The notes beneath the pieces were generated by a model that did no database searches, was not told the origin of the DNA, and saw nothing but the letters and a program-made list of their open reading frames with translations. DNA of 64,000 nucleotides, from NCBI GenBank assembly GCA_031362565.1, contig JANLSU010000120.1, positions 129,200-193,199 on the forward strand. The letters run 5' to 3'. Both the position numbers and the translations under genes were made by a program. The stretch comes from a bacterium. GTDB taxonomy: Bacteria > Krumholzibacteriota > Krumholzibacteriia > G020349025. This document shows positions 28,656 to 38,252 of this stretch, piece after piece; position 1 is the stretch's first letter, and every line of letters begins with the position of its first letter.

Positions 28656-28820
28656 AGCATCTCTATTGTTTGCAACGACTTGCGGACATGGTCGAGCGTG
28701 GCAATCTGCCCCAGGTGCCGGCCTGCAGCCGGTCGACCAGCGCAACTCGCCAGATGTCAGAGAGATACGTGGTGCTTTCAGGCCCTGGGGCGTTCTGCCC
28801 CACGAGGCGCGGTGCCCCAG

Positions 28821-30209
28821 TCACTTCGCGGGATCGGTGTGGTCGTCGCCGGCGGCCTCGCCCCAGCGCTCCAATTTGCGGTACAGCGTCTTGCGATCGA
28901 GTCCAAGCAGACGTGCCGCAGAGGCTTTATTGCCGCCGGCCGCCTCCAACACCCGCAGGATGTAGCGCCGCTCGACTTCCTCGAGTGGCACGACGTCCGT
29001 CGGGTCGTCGCTCACGATGGCCACGTGGCCGCGCCTCGCAGCCCGGAGCTTTTCCGGCAAGTCCTCGACGGTGATCTGCTCGTACTGAGTGAGCGCCACG
29101 GCGCGCTCGATGCAGTTGCGTAGTTCCCGCACGTTGCCGGGCCAACCGTAGGCGAGTAATTTCTCTGCCGCGGCACTCATGATCCCGCTGACGCGTTTGT
29201 CGTTGTGTTTGGCAAATTCATCGACGAAGCGTTGCGCCAAGAGCAACACATCATTGCCCCGCATGCGGAGCGGCGGCACTTCGACCGAAATGACGTGAAT
29301 CCGAAAGAAGAGATCCTCGCGGAACCGTCCGGCCTCGACGGCCGCCTCGAGGTCGACGTTCGTGGCGGCTACGAGCCGTACATCGAACGGCACCTCCGTG
29401 TCACTGCCGACCGGGCGCACGGTGCGCTGTTGGAGCGCACGCAGCAGCTTCGGCTGTAGGCCGAGGGGCAAGTCGCCGATCTCATCCAGAAAGAGTGTGC
29501 CGCCGCTCGCCTGCACGAAAAGGCCGGTGCGGCCCACCTTGGCATCCGTGAAGGCGCCGCGGGCATGACCGAACAATTCGCTCTCGAGCAACGTCTCCGG
29601 CATCGCCGCACAGTTCACGGCCACGAACGGGCCGCCCTGGCGCCGGCCGCGGTCGTGCAGCGCCTGAGCCACGAGTTCTTTGCCCGTACCGCTTTCGCCC
29701 GACACGAGGACGGAGGCATCGGTTTCGGCAACCCGAGCGAGTAGTTCGTACAGGCGCTTCATAGCGGCGCTCTCGCCGACGAGTGCCCCGAAGCTCTGCA
29801 GGTCCTGCACCGTCTGGCGCAGACGCCGCACTTCTTCGCGCAAGGCGCGGTAGTTGAAAGCGCGCTCGAGCGCCAGAGTCAAGGTTTCGATCTCGACCGG
29901 CTTGGTCAGAAAGTCGTAGGCACCGGCGCGAATCGCCGCGACCGCGGTCTCGAAACTTCCGAACGAAGTCAGGACGATGACCGGCAGATCCGGCCGGTTC
30001 TCGACGATGCGGGCGCACAAGTCGATGCCGTTCACCCCCGGCATGTTGATGTCGGTGACCACGGCACCGAAATCGGTCTGGGCCAGCAATTCGAGTCCTT
30101 CTTGGGGCGATGTCGACCAACGCACGTCGAAATCACGCCGGCCGAGCGCCGCCGCCACCATTTCACACATGGCTTTTTCGTCGTCGACCAAGAGCAAACG
30201 GCGCGTCAT
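28821..30209 (-). CDS. Sigma-54-dependent transcriptional response regulator (NtrC family: receiver + AAA+ sigma-54 activator + Fis-type HTH)
   Basis: The receiver domain starts MTRRLLLVDDEKAM. AAA+ motifs include GESGTGKE, GAFTDA, the GAFTGA-equivalent ESELFGH, and GWPGNVRELRN. A C-terminal HTH (AARLLGLDRKTLYRKL) follows. The ATG at c30207..30209 overlaps the kinase stop (ATGA). Confidence 0.9.
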   Translation of the reverse strand: MTRRLLLVDDEKAMCEMVAAALGRRDFDVRWSTSPQEGLELLAQTDFGAVVTDINMPGVNGIDLCARIVENRPDLPVIVLTSFGSFETAVAAIRAGAYDFLTKPVEIETLTLALERAFNYRALREEVRRLRQTVQDLQSFGALVGESAAMKRLYELLARVAETDASVLVSGESGTGKELVAQALHDRGRRQGGPFVAVNCAAMPETLLESELFGHARGAFTDAKVGRTGLFVQASGGTLFLDEIGDLPLGLQPKLLRALQQRTVRPVGSDTEVPFDVRLVAATNVDLEAAVEAGRFREDLFFRIHVISVEVPPLRMRGNDVLLLAQRFVDEFAKHNDKRVSGIMSAAAEKLLAYGWPGNVRELRNCIERAVALTQYEQITVEDLPEKLRAARRGHVAIVSDDPTDVVPLEEVERRYILRVLEAAGGNKASAARLLGLDRKTLYRKLERWGEAAGDDHTDPAK

Positions 30210-31687
30210 ACGGCCACCTCTGTCGCGCGGGCTTGAGCCGGCAGAAACACTGCGAACGTGCTGCCTTGTCCCACTTGTGACTCGACTTCGAGCCAGCCCT
30301 CGTGCTCGCGCACGATTCCCCATGAGACGGCGAGGCCGAGTCCTGTTCCTTCGCCGACATCCTTGGTGGTGAAGAACGGCTCGAAGATCCGCGCCTGATT
30401 TTCCGGCGCGATGCCGGCGCCAGTGTCTCGGACGCGCACCCGGATATAATCGTTGGCGATGCCGCCGACATCCGCCGGCGGCACGACCCGCGCCGTGTCG
30501 ACCTCGACGTGCAGCGTTCCGCCGCGTTTCATGGCATGAATGCCGTTCATCATCAGGTTCAGGAGCACCTGTTGGATTTGGCCGCTGTCGACGTCGCACA
30601 CCACCGGTGCCTCGGGAAGCTTCATTTGCACCTCGACGGAGCTCTTGCGCGCCAGCGGCGCCAGGAATGCCGTCGTTTGCTCGGCGATCGAGCGCACATC
30701 CTGCGGCGCCTTGGTCGGTGACCGGCGGCGCGCGAAGTCCAACAACTGCCGAATGACGCCGGTGATGCGCTGTGATTGTTCGAAGACGATACGGGCCCCG
30801 TCGGCGGCCTCGGCGCCTTGGACCTCGCCGGTGGCGATCATCTTGGCGCGTTGGGTGACGACGTTGAGCGGTGTGCCGAGTTCATGTGCCACACCGGCCG
30901 CTAGTTGCCCCACTGTCGCCAGCCGGTCGGCGTGGCGCAACTGTTCGAGCGCATGGATGCGGGCCTGCGTTTCCGACGCCAGCTGCTTACGGGCGGCATC
31001 GAGTTGTTCGCACATGGCGTTGATTTCGGCCGCCAAATCGCCGATTTCATCTTGCTGGTTGAGGACGAGCGGGCCGCCGAGATCGCCCGCGCCGACGCGC
31101 CGCGCCTTGTCGACGAGGGCATGCATCGGCCGGCCCACGAACCAGGCGCCCAGGATCCAAGCCGCTGCCGTGAAGAGAACCGCCAGTCCGCCGGCCGTGA
31201 CCGCCCGTTGCAGCACGAGGTGCCGCAAGTGCGCTTGTTCCTCGGACAGCGATTCCGAGAGCTCGAGTGCGCCTTGTTGGACGCCCTCCACCATCACGGG
31301 TACATACGTGTAGATGCGGCGCCGCACCTCGCCCTCGGGGTTGGGGATCACGGAAAAGACCTCGCCCCGCGCGACCCGGTCGCGCACCGCGGCGACCGAT
31401 GGGGCATCCGGCCTCTCGGCGCCCGCATGCGGGTCGACCCAACGCACCGCGACCCGAACCGGTTGTGTTTGCGCCTCGCCGACGAGCTGCAGCGCACGCT
31501 CCCGTCCATCGGTACGCCACAGGGCGCCGATGGCCGCCGCCAGTGCTTGGCCCGTGTCACGTTCGTCGGCATTCATGTCGGTCTCGAGCAGCCGCGTTTC
31601 GCGCCGGATGCCGACCCAGGCATCCAAGATCAACACTGCGACCATGAGGGTAACCAACACGAGCAGCAGCTTGCGTACGAGCCTCAC
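30206..31687 (-). CDS. Sensor histidine kinase (2 TM helices, periplasmic sensor, HAMP, HisKA, HATPase_c)
   Basis: H-box GVAHELGTPLNV, N-box LLNLMMNGIHAM, and G-boxes DTGAGI and GTGLGLAV. Two hydrophobic segments flank a ~140-aa periplasmic region. Confidence 0.85.
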   Translation of the reverse strand: MRLVRKLLLVLVTLMVAVLILDAWVGIRRETRLLETDMNADERDTGQALAAAIGALWRTDGRERALQLVGEAQTQPVRVAVRWVDPHAGAERPDAPSVAAVRDRVARGEVFSVIPNPEGEVRRRIYTYVPVMVEGVQQGALELSESLSEEQAHLRHLVLQRAVTAGGLAVLFTAAAWILGAWFVGRPMHALVDKARRVGAGDLGGPLVLNQQDEIGDLAAEINAMCEQLDAARKQLASETQARIHALEQLRHADRLATVGQLAAGVAHELGTPLNVVTQRAKMIATGEVQGAEAADGARIVFEQSQRITGVIRQLLDFARRRSPTKAPQDVRSIAEQTTAFLAPLARKSSVEVQMKLPEAPVVCDVDSGQIQQVLLNLMMNGIHAMKRGGTLHVEVDTARVVPPADVGGIANDYIRVRVRDTGAGIAPENQARIFEPFFTTKDVGEGTGLGLAVSWGIVREHEGWLEVESQVGQGSTFAVFLPAQARATEVAV

Positions 31688-31702
31688 CGGTTCCTGCCTC
31701 CG

Positions 31703-34042
31703 TTACCGTACGCCGCTGGATGCCGCACCGGCGCCGCCCGGGCCTGCCGTGGGGGCAAGATGCTGCGTGAAGAACTCCTGAATCCGCCCGTACTCGTCGA
31801 TCCAGCTCGCCGGTGCCGTGAACCCATGCGATTCGCGCGGATACATCATGAAGTCGAATTGCTTGCCGTTCCGAATGAGGCGCTCGACGAGCTGGGCCGC
31901 ATCCTGAAAATGCACGTTGTCGTCGCGCATGCCGTGCAGCAGCAAGAGTGGCTTCTGCAGATTGCCGGCGAAATGAATCGGTGAACTCCGCCAGTAGGCT
32001 TCCGGGTGCTTCTCGGGCAGGCCCAAGCGCTGCGTGCAGTACCACGGATTCCCGCGGTTGTAGTTCTCCCAGTCGGCGACGAAGCGCAGTGCCGCGCCGC
32101 AGGCCCAGCGGTCCGGTGTGGTGAACAGTGCCATGAGAGTCATGAACCCACCGTAGCTGCCGCCGTAGAGACCGACGCGGGCCGGATCCACCCAGCCGAG
32201 CGTCGACAGGTAATCCAGTCCCGCCACCTCGTCGTCGAGATCCGGGCCGCCGAGATGCATGTACACGCCGGCGCGAAAATCGCGCCCGTATCCCAGGCTG
32301 CCACGGTAGTCGACCTCGAACACCGCGAACCCCGCTTGTGCGAGGACGGTGTGAAACTTGAAGTTGGGCGTGTACACCGACCAGCCGTCGACGACGTTCT
32401 GCAAGATTCCGGCGCCATGAACGAACACCACGGCCGGATAACGCCGGTGTGGGTCGAATCCCACCGGTTTGTAGAGCAGCCCCTTGAGGCGCGCGCCGTC
32501 GTGGGCCGGGAACTCGACGACCTCGGGAACGACCCAGTCGACGGCCCGGAATGCCGCCGGGACGCTGTGCGTGACCGGAACGGGCGCCGCGCCGTCTTCC
32601 AGTCCGAGGCTGAACAGGTCGGTTGGTTGATTGAACCGCGAGTGCTCGTACAGTACGCGCTTGCCGCGCGCCACCATCGACGGGTGGGTCGCCATCCCCG
32701 GCCCGGTACCGAGGGTCCGGAGTGCGCGACTCGCAACGTCGAGCACTTCGAGTTGGCGCTCCGAGGATCGCGCCCTGGCCCCGAGCAATATGATGTGCCG
32801 GCCGTCCGGCAGCCAGCGCGCCCAGCCGACTTCCCATTTGCCGTCGGTCAGTTGCTCGGGCGCGCCGCCCGGCAACGGAATCCGCACCAAATGCCGGAAT
32901 CCCGTCCGCTCGCTCGCGATCAGAATCGACCGGTTGTCGGGCGCGAACTCGAGCACCGGATGGTCGGCGATGACCCAGTCATATTCTTCGACCCAAGCGG
33001 AATCTGTTTCGGTGTACACACTGCGTCCAATGCACGAGTCCGGGCTCGCAACTAAAATGCGGCGGGTGCGCAAATCGGCGGAGATATCGCTGATCGCGAG
33101 CCGGTGCCCATCCGGTGACCAAGCGATGGCGCTGACTTGCGGGTGATTGCCGGGCCCGAGGCGCACCGCCTTGCTCACGAAGGGGTCGCGCGCATCCATC
33201 CGGCCCTTGTCGTGCGTCAACCAGCTCGTACCGACGACGCGGACCCCAATCTCCGGAAAGCCTTGTTTGACGTTGCCGGTGGTGACGCGTTCGCCGAGAT
33301 AGCTCGGAATCAGGAGATCCTTTTGCCCGTGTTCGTCGCGCGCCAGGAACGCGAGCCAGCGGCCGTCGGACGCCCATTGCAATGACGACGGCTGCAACGA
33401 GTCGCCGCCCGCGACCGTGAGTTGCAGTTCGCGGCCGCGATCGACCTCGAGGGCCCAGACCGAGTTATCGCGCACGAAGGCGAGAAAACGCCCGTCCGGC
33501 GACCAGGAAAGCTCGCTTTCACCGGCCTTGGTGGCGGTGAGACGCGTCAGAGGGCCGCTTGGCAAGGCGAAGTAGATGTCGCCCCGCGCCAGGAAGGCGA
33601 TGCGACGCGCGTCGGGTGACCACGTGATGGCGCCGGCTCGATAGTCCACCGCATCGTCGGCAAAATAGCGCGGCAGATGATGTCCCGGCAGCGAATCGTC
33701 CGGCGAAGCCGGACGCGCCAAGACCGCCCGCAGCGAGTCCGCACGTGCATCGCGCGGGAACGCGGTCAGCGCTCTGGCCTGTCCGCCGGTCGCCGGCACG
33801 ATCCAAAGATCGAGTGGTGATTCGAGTCCGGCCGCATTCCACGCGAAGGCGACCCATTTCTCGTCGGGTGCGAGTGCTGCGCCGCGCGGCCGCGTGCCTT
33901 CGATGTGCGGTTCGCTGAAAATATCACGGACGGTGAGCCGCGCCGCAGCAGCCGGGCGCGGCGACGCGAGCAGCGCCAACGCCGGCGCGAGCCCGAGCGC
34001 CAGCGCGATGCGCAACCAAGCGCGCGGGATCCCCCACCTCAT
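31703..34042 (-). CDS. S9-family serine peptidase (prolyl oligopeptidase / acylaminoacyl peptidase-like) with an N-terminal TolB-like beta-propeller
   Basis: Signal peptide, multiple WSPDG PD40 repeats, and a C-terminal catalytic domain with GGSYGGFM (nucleophile Ser) and the Asp/His triad context (HGMRDDNV; ESHGF). Confidence 0.85.
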   Translation of the reverse strand: MRWGIPRAWLRIALALGLAPALALLASPRPAAAARLTVRDIFSEPHIEGTRPRGAALAPDEKWVAFAWNAAGLESPLDLWIVPATGGQARALTAFPRDARADSLRAVLARPASPDDSLPGHHLPRYFADDAVDYRAGAITWSPDARRIAFLARGDIYFALPSGPLTRLTATKAGESELSWSPDGRFLAFVRDNSVWALEVDRGRELQLTVAGGDSLQPSSLQWASDGRWLAFLARDEHGQKDLLIPSYLGERVTTGNVKQGFPEIGVRVVGTSWLTHDKGRMDARDPFVSKAVRLGPGNHPQVSAIAWSPDGHRLAISDISADLRTRRILVASPDSCIGRSVYTETDSAWVEEYDWVIADHPVLEFAPDNRSILIASERTGFRHLVRIPLPGGAPEQLTDGKWEVGWARWLPDGRHIILLGARARSSERQLEVLDVASRALRTLGTGPGMATHPSMVARGKRVLYEHSRFNQPTDLFSLGLEDGAAPVPVTHSVPAAFRAVDWVVPEVVEFPAHDGARLKGLLYKPVGFDPHRRYPAVVFVHGAGILQNVVDGWSVYTPNFKFHTVLAQAGFAVFEVDYRGSLGYGRDFRAGVYMHLGGPDLDDEVAGLDYLSTLGWVDPARVGLYGGSYGGFMTLMALFTTPDRWACGAALRFVADWENYNRGNPWYCTQRLGLPEKHPEAYWRSSPIHFAGNLQKPLLLLHGMRDDNVHFQDAAQLVERLIRNGKQFDFMMYPRESHGFTAPASWIDEYGRIQEFFTQHLAPTAGPGGAGAASSGVR

Positions 34043-34635
34043 TTTTTCTCCGTTGACTTGATCGTGCTGGCTCGGGCGGGATCATCGTCCGGATTCACCC
34101 AATGGAAGTCGGCGGCGCCGGCGCGCGTTTGCGACAGGATGACCTGTGACTTGGACCAGGCGTAGTGCGGCACTTTGGCTGGAATGTGGATGAACGCACC
34201 CGGCCCGAAGAGCCGTGCGGCGTTCGAATCGACCCTTTCGCCCTGGCCAAAGAGGATCGTGCCCTCGACGACGGTGACGTATTCGTCAAAGGAGTGCCAA
34301 TGCGGCGGAATCCGCGTGCCGGGTGGCAGGCGAAGATACGTCGTGTGCAGCCCGGCATTGGGATCGCCGGCCACAACGGCAACGTCGCTGCCGGGAAACG
34401 GGCCCGCCTGCCATTCGATGTCGAGCAGCCGGTAGGCCGTGATCGCGCCCAACTGAACGGGCCCGGAATCGTGCTCTTCCTCTTCGTACTTGCCTGCCGC
34501 GTCGCGATCTTTGCCGGGTTCGGCCGTTGCCGGTTTCGACCCGTCGGCGGCATCCGATCGCGGCGCTCCAAGAAACGGCGCACAAACCAGAAACGCGGCC
34601 ACGAAAAGCGCGAACCGGATCTGCCGACGGGGCAT
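34039..34635 (-). CDS. Secreted cupin-domain protein
   Basis: The ATG at c34633..34635 follows GGAGG and gives the signal peptide MPRRQIRFALFVAAFLVCAPFLGAPRSDAAD. The cupin-like core includes IPPHWHSFDEYVTVVEGTILFG. Confidence 0.55.
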   Translation of the reverse strand: MPRRQIRFALFVAAFLVCAPFLGAPRSDAADGSKPATAEPGKDRDAAGKYEEEEHDSGPVQLGAITAYRLLDIEWQAGPFPGSDVAVVAGDPNAGLHTTYLRLPPGTRIPPHWHSFDEYVTVVEGTILFGQGERVDSNAARLFGPGAFIHIPAKVPHYAWSKSQVILSQTRAGAADFHWVNPDDDPARASTIKSTEKK

Positions 34636-34681
34636 GGGATGTCCTCCACGGGCTCGGGATGCCGCCTTTATTCGGCCGCCA

Positions 34682-35044
34682 TCATCGCTCGGGTGCCCGT
34701 GGCTCGTCCACCTCCCGTCTGCGGGGCGGGTTCGCCGCCCAGGGGCCGAGGGTTTGCCGCACTTGCATGACGCGCGCGAGCGGCAAGGCGCCGATCCGTG
34801 CATGCTCGCGCATCGTCGATTCATCCGGCGCGTCGAAGACACAGAAAATCCGGTCGTCGGTCACGTAACTATTGACCCACTTCACCTGGGGTCCCAGTGC
34901 CCGGACCGCATCGACGACGCGCGTGGCAATGCCCTGCAGATCGTCGTACGTCAGTTTGCCGGCACCCGGAAATTCGCGCTCGATGACGTACTGTGGCACA
35001 GCCGTCGTCTCCCTCCTGCTCGCATCGGTGATGGCGTATGCCAT
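34682..35044 (-). CDS. DUF4242-family small protein
   Basis: From ATG c35042..35044: MAYAITDASRRETTAVPQYVIEREFPGAGKLTYDDLQGIATRVVDAVRALGPQVKWVNSYVTDDRIFCVFDAPDESTMREHARIGALP, ~120 aa. This matches the DUF4242 pattern. Confidence 0.5.
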   Translation of the reverse strand: MAYAITDASRRETTAVPQYVIEREFPGAGKLTYDDLQGIATRVVDAVRALGPQVKWVNSYVTDDRIFCVFDAPDESTMREHARIGALPLARVMQVRQTLGPWAANPPRRREVDEPRAPER

Positions 35045-35196
35045 CAGGGGTCCGAGCGTCACGTTCGGGTTCGCAAGGCGCGCTTTCGGTTCGCGAGGGT
35101 TTGTCGGTTCGCGGTCAACGGTACGCCGAAGGCAGGCAGAGCGCAATCAGGATCGACGCTGCGCAGCGTCGCCGGCAGCCGCTCCTCTACGTCCTT

Positions 35197-35643
35197 CTAC
35201 GTCGGTAGATCCGCTGTGATGAGGTGGCCTGCAGCACGGAGCGCTGCCTCGGCTGCTTGCAGGTCGGCCGCTCGCACCAAGAGGTAGTCCGTGTCGAACG
35301 TCGAGACGACGAAGATGCTGAGGCCCGCCGCTGCGAGCGGCGTCGCAAGGGTCTGAATGACGCCCACCTGGTCGAAAGCGAGCGTTCCGGCAACGCGCAG
35401 GAGCTGCCACCCGCGCTCGGCCTTGATGCCGGCCGGGACCGCCGCCGCCCGGCACACGATCGACGTCTCGTCGGCGGTGCGGGTCACCGACGAGAAGGCG
35501 TCGCCCGCCCACTCGGGAATTGCGGTACCGGCCGGCAACCGGCACACGGCGTATTCGCCGGCAATCTGCCGCAAGGTGAGTCTCACGGCCGGACGTCGGT
35601 GGCGGATGCGGGCTTCCGCCCGGTGCGCAAAAACAGCGGCCAA
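35197..35643 (-). CDS. ACT-domain-containing protein (ACT_7-like)
   Basis: ~130-148 aa with an AVCRLP...SIVC...DQVGVIQTLATPLAAAGLSIFVVSTFDTDYLLV pattern typical of small ACT regulators. Its 5' end overlaps the upstream methyltransferase gene by ~60 nt. The start is uncertain. Confidence 0.45.
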   Translation of the reverse strand: MAAVFAHRAEARIRHRRPAVRLTLRQIAGEYAVCRLPAGTAIPEWAGDAFSSVTRTADETSIVCRAAAVPAGIKAERGWQLLRVAGTLAFDQVGVIQTLATPLAAAGLSIFVVSTFDTDYLLVRAADLQAAEAALRAAGHLITADLPT

Positions 35644-36353
35644 CGCAACGTGCGCGCCGCGCCGGCGGGTCCCCAGTGGGCTTCGAGATCGTGCTCAAGA
35701 GCCGGCGCCGGATCGAAACCGAGCGCCGCGGCGAAGCGCTGCGTCGCCGACCAGGTGCGGACGTAACCGCCGAATTGCTTCAGCGTCATTTGGCGCTCGA
35801 AGACCAGTGGCGCCGTCGCGAATTCGGCAAATGGGAACTCGATGCTGCGATAGCCGTCTTCGACAAGCGCTCGCCCGCCCGGCCAGTACGGCCCGACGGT
35901 TTCGCTGTAGTAGTCCCGCACCACCGCATCGATCGTCGGCGCGATCTCGACCAATCCATAGCAGCACACCGCGAGGACGCCCTCGGGAACCAGCACTCGC
36001 GCCGCTTCGGCAAAGAACGCCGGGCGATCGAACCAGTGCAACGCTTGCGCCACGGTGACGAGATCGATCGAGTTGGACTCGAGGCCGGACGATTCCGCCT
36101 TCGCAACCGCGTACGTGATGCGCCGGTGCACGATGGCGGACGCAATCTGCTCCGGGCTCGCGTCGGTTGCGATGACCTGTTCGAAGTGCGCCGCCAGGCC
36201 TTCGGCGGCTTGGCCGTTGCCGGTCGCGCAATCCCACGCGCGGCGCCGCGTCGGTGCGGCCGCCGCCAAGACTTCGAAGAGCACCGCCGGGTAGCGCGGG
36301 CGGAATTCCGCATACGCCGCCGCGATGGCGGAGAAGTGATCCTGAAAGTTCAC
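35583..36353 (-). CDS. Class I SAM-dependent methyltransferase
   Basis: Motif I AWDCATGNGQAAEGL, motif II VIATDASPEQI, and the post-I region SIDLVTVAQALHWF. Confidence 0.75.
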   Translation of the reverse strand: MNFQDHFSAIAAAYAEFRPRYPAVLFEVLAAAAPTRRRAWDCATGNGQAAEGLAAHFEQVIATDASPEQIASAIVHRRITYAVAKAESSGLESNSIDLVTVAQALHWFDRPAFFAEAARVLVPEGVLAVCCYGLVEIAPTIDAVVRDYYSETVGPYWPGGRALVEDGYRSIEFPFAEFATAPLVFERQMTLKQFGGYVRTWSATQRFAAALGFDPAPALEHDLEAHWGPAGAARTLRWPLFLRTGRKPASATDVRP

Positions 36354-36380
36354 GGCATCCTCACAGCGCTGCGGCCGCGC

Positions 36381-37946
36381 TCAGTGTATGCCTCCCATCA
36401 ACTTGCGAATAGGCCGCGCGATGGCGAAGGCAAGCAGCGTGAACACTCCGGTCACGGCGACGACCGAGCCAAAGAGCTGCGGCAGGGGCAACGTTTCGAA
36501 CTTGCCGGCGATCTGGCCGCCGACAAAATTCCCGACCGACGACGCCAAGAACCACACGCCCAGCATCTGTCCCGTGACGCGGGACGGCGCGAGCTTGGTG
36601 AACGTCGACAAGCCGACGGGGCTCAAACACAGTTCGCCGATCGTGTGCAGCAGATACACCGAGACGAGCCACCATGGACTCACGAGCGGCCCCGCCGCAC
36701 CTGGCGCCGCGCCGGGAGGCGCCATCGCCAGCTTCGCCGCCGGAACCATGATCAGAAATCCAAGCCCCGCAAACAGCAGGCCGATCGCGAACTTGTTCGG
36801 GCTCGAGGGTTCGCGCTTCCGTTTCGAGAGCCAGACCCAAAGGATTGCGAACAACGGGCCGAGCGCAATGATGAACAGCGAGTTCACCGACTGGAACCAG
36901 CTCGCGGGATAGGCGAACCCGAGGACGTGGTTGTCCGTATTGCGCTGCGCGAACAGGTTGAGCGTCGAGCCGGCCTGTTCGAACACGCTCCAAAAAAGCG
37001 ATGCGAAGACGAAAAAGGCCGGAATCGCATACAGCCGCTTGCGTTCGACCGGTGTCCAGCCGCGCTGCAAGAAGAGGATGGCGAAATACACGAACGGTAC
37101 AATGATGAGCACCCACCGGACCACGGCGACGATCGACTCGATCGAAGCGTGCGACATCAAGACGAATGAAACGAGGCAAACGAGGCTGGCGACGCCAATT
37201 CCAAGGTCGCGCTGTTGGCGACTGCGCGCCTTGGGGTCGGCGGATAGTTTTGGCTTCGCACCCGCGGTCCCGAGGTAGTGGCCGGTGAGCAAATACTGCA
37301 CGAGGCCGATCGCCATGCCGACTGCCGCCGCACCAAAGCCCCAATGCCAGCAATCGTTGGGATTCATTCCCCAGCCCTGCAGCGTGGCGCGGAACCGCGC
37401 GTCGCCCGACAGAAACCCGGTGATGAGCGGCGCCAAGAACGCGCCGATGTTGATGCCCATGTAGTAAATGGAAAAGCCGGCGTCACGGCGCGCGTCGTTT
37501 TCGCTGTAGAGAGCGCCCACCAGGCCGCTCATGTTGGGCTTCAGCAAACCCGTGCCGATGACGACCAGAAAGAGACCCAAATAGAAGAACGTCATGCCGT
37601 GCATCGCCAGGCAGATGTGCCCGCACATGATGATGATGCCGCCGACGAACACCGCCTGCCGAAGCCCAATGAAACGATCGGCGATCCAGCCGCCCGGCAG
37701 CGATGCGAAGTAGACCATCGAGGTGTACAGCCCGTAGACCGGACCGGCCTTGGCCGCCGTCCACCCCAGCCCGCCGATTTCGGCCGACGCCGTCATGTAG
37801 AGGAGCAGGAAGGCCCGCATCCCGTAGTAGCTGAAGCGTTCCCACATCTCGGTAAAGAAGAGCGTCCCGAGGCCACGCGGATGCACGGTCCACAACCACT
37901 TTTTCTCGGCCGGGCCTTGGGCGGGCGCGCCGGGCGTCGCGTCCAT
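36381..37946 (-). CDS. POT/PTR2 family proton-dependent oligopeptide transporter
   Basis: PTR2 signature FTEMWERFSYYGMRAFLLLYM, 12-14 TM segments, and FYMGINIGAF. The ATG at c37944..37946 follows GGGAGG. Confidence 0.85.
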   Translation of the reverse strand: MDATPGAPAQGPAEKKWLWTVHPRGLGTLFFTEMWERFSYYGMRAFLLLYMTASAEIGGLGWTAAKAGPVYGLYTSMVYFASLPGGWIADRFIGLRQAVFVGGIIIMCGHICLAMHGMTFFYLGLFLVVIGTGLLKPNMSGLVGALYSENDARRDAGFSIYYMGINIGAFLAPLITGFLSGDARFRATLQGWGMNPNDCWHWGFGAAAVGMAIGLVQYLLTGHYLGTAGAKPKLSADPKARSRQQRDLGIGVASLVCLVSFVLMSHASIESIVAVVRWVLIIVPFVYFAILFLQRGWTPVERKRLYAIPAFFVFASLFWSVFEQAGSTLNLFAQRNTDNHVLGFAYPASWFQSVNSLFIIALGPLFAILWVWLSKRKREPSSPNKFAIGLLFAGLGFLIMVPAAKLAMAPPGAAPGAAGPLVSPWWLVSVYLLHTIGELCLSPVGLSTFTKLAPSRVTGQMLGVWFLASSVGNFVGGQIAGKFETLPLPQLFGSVVAVTGVFTLLAFAIARPIRKLMGGIH

Positions 37947-38252
37947 TCGAATCCTCCCTGGTGCGGGGGCGGCGTGCGATCCCAAGCCCCGCGGTCACGA
38001 CGGGATGAGGCTCGGGAGTCTCGATGATGCGGATCCGGTGGGGCGGCCGCAACAAACACGTGCGAACAACGTGCGAACGCCGCCTCGTTGGTGGCCTCTG
38101 GGGCGCTGAGAGCGCCGGGAGCGCCTGGAAAGGCCGGGGGGGCGCGTTGACTCCGGCTGGAATTCTGATTAGTTTGAATGCACCTCGCTCACAGATCGAA
38201 GTTGCCGCCGATCGCCTCGCCAGGCCGGCGGGTCCATTGGGACTCGTGACGC

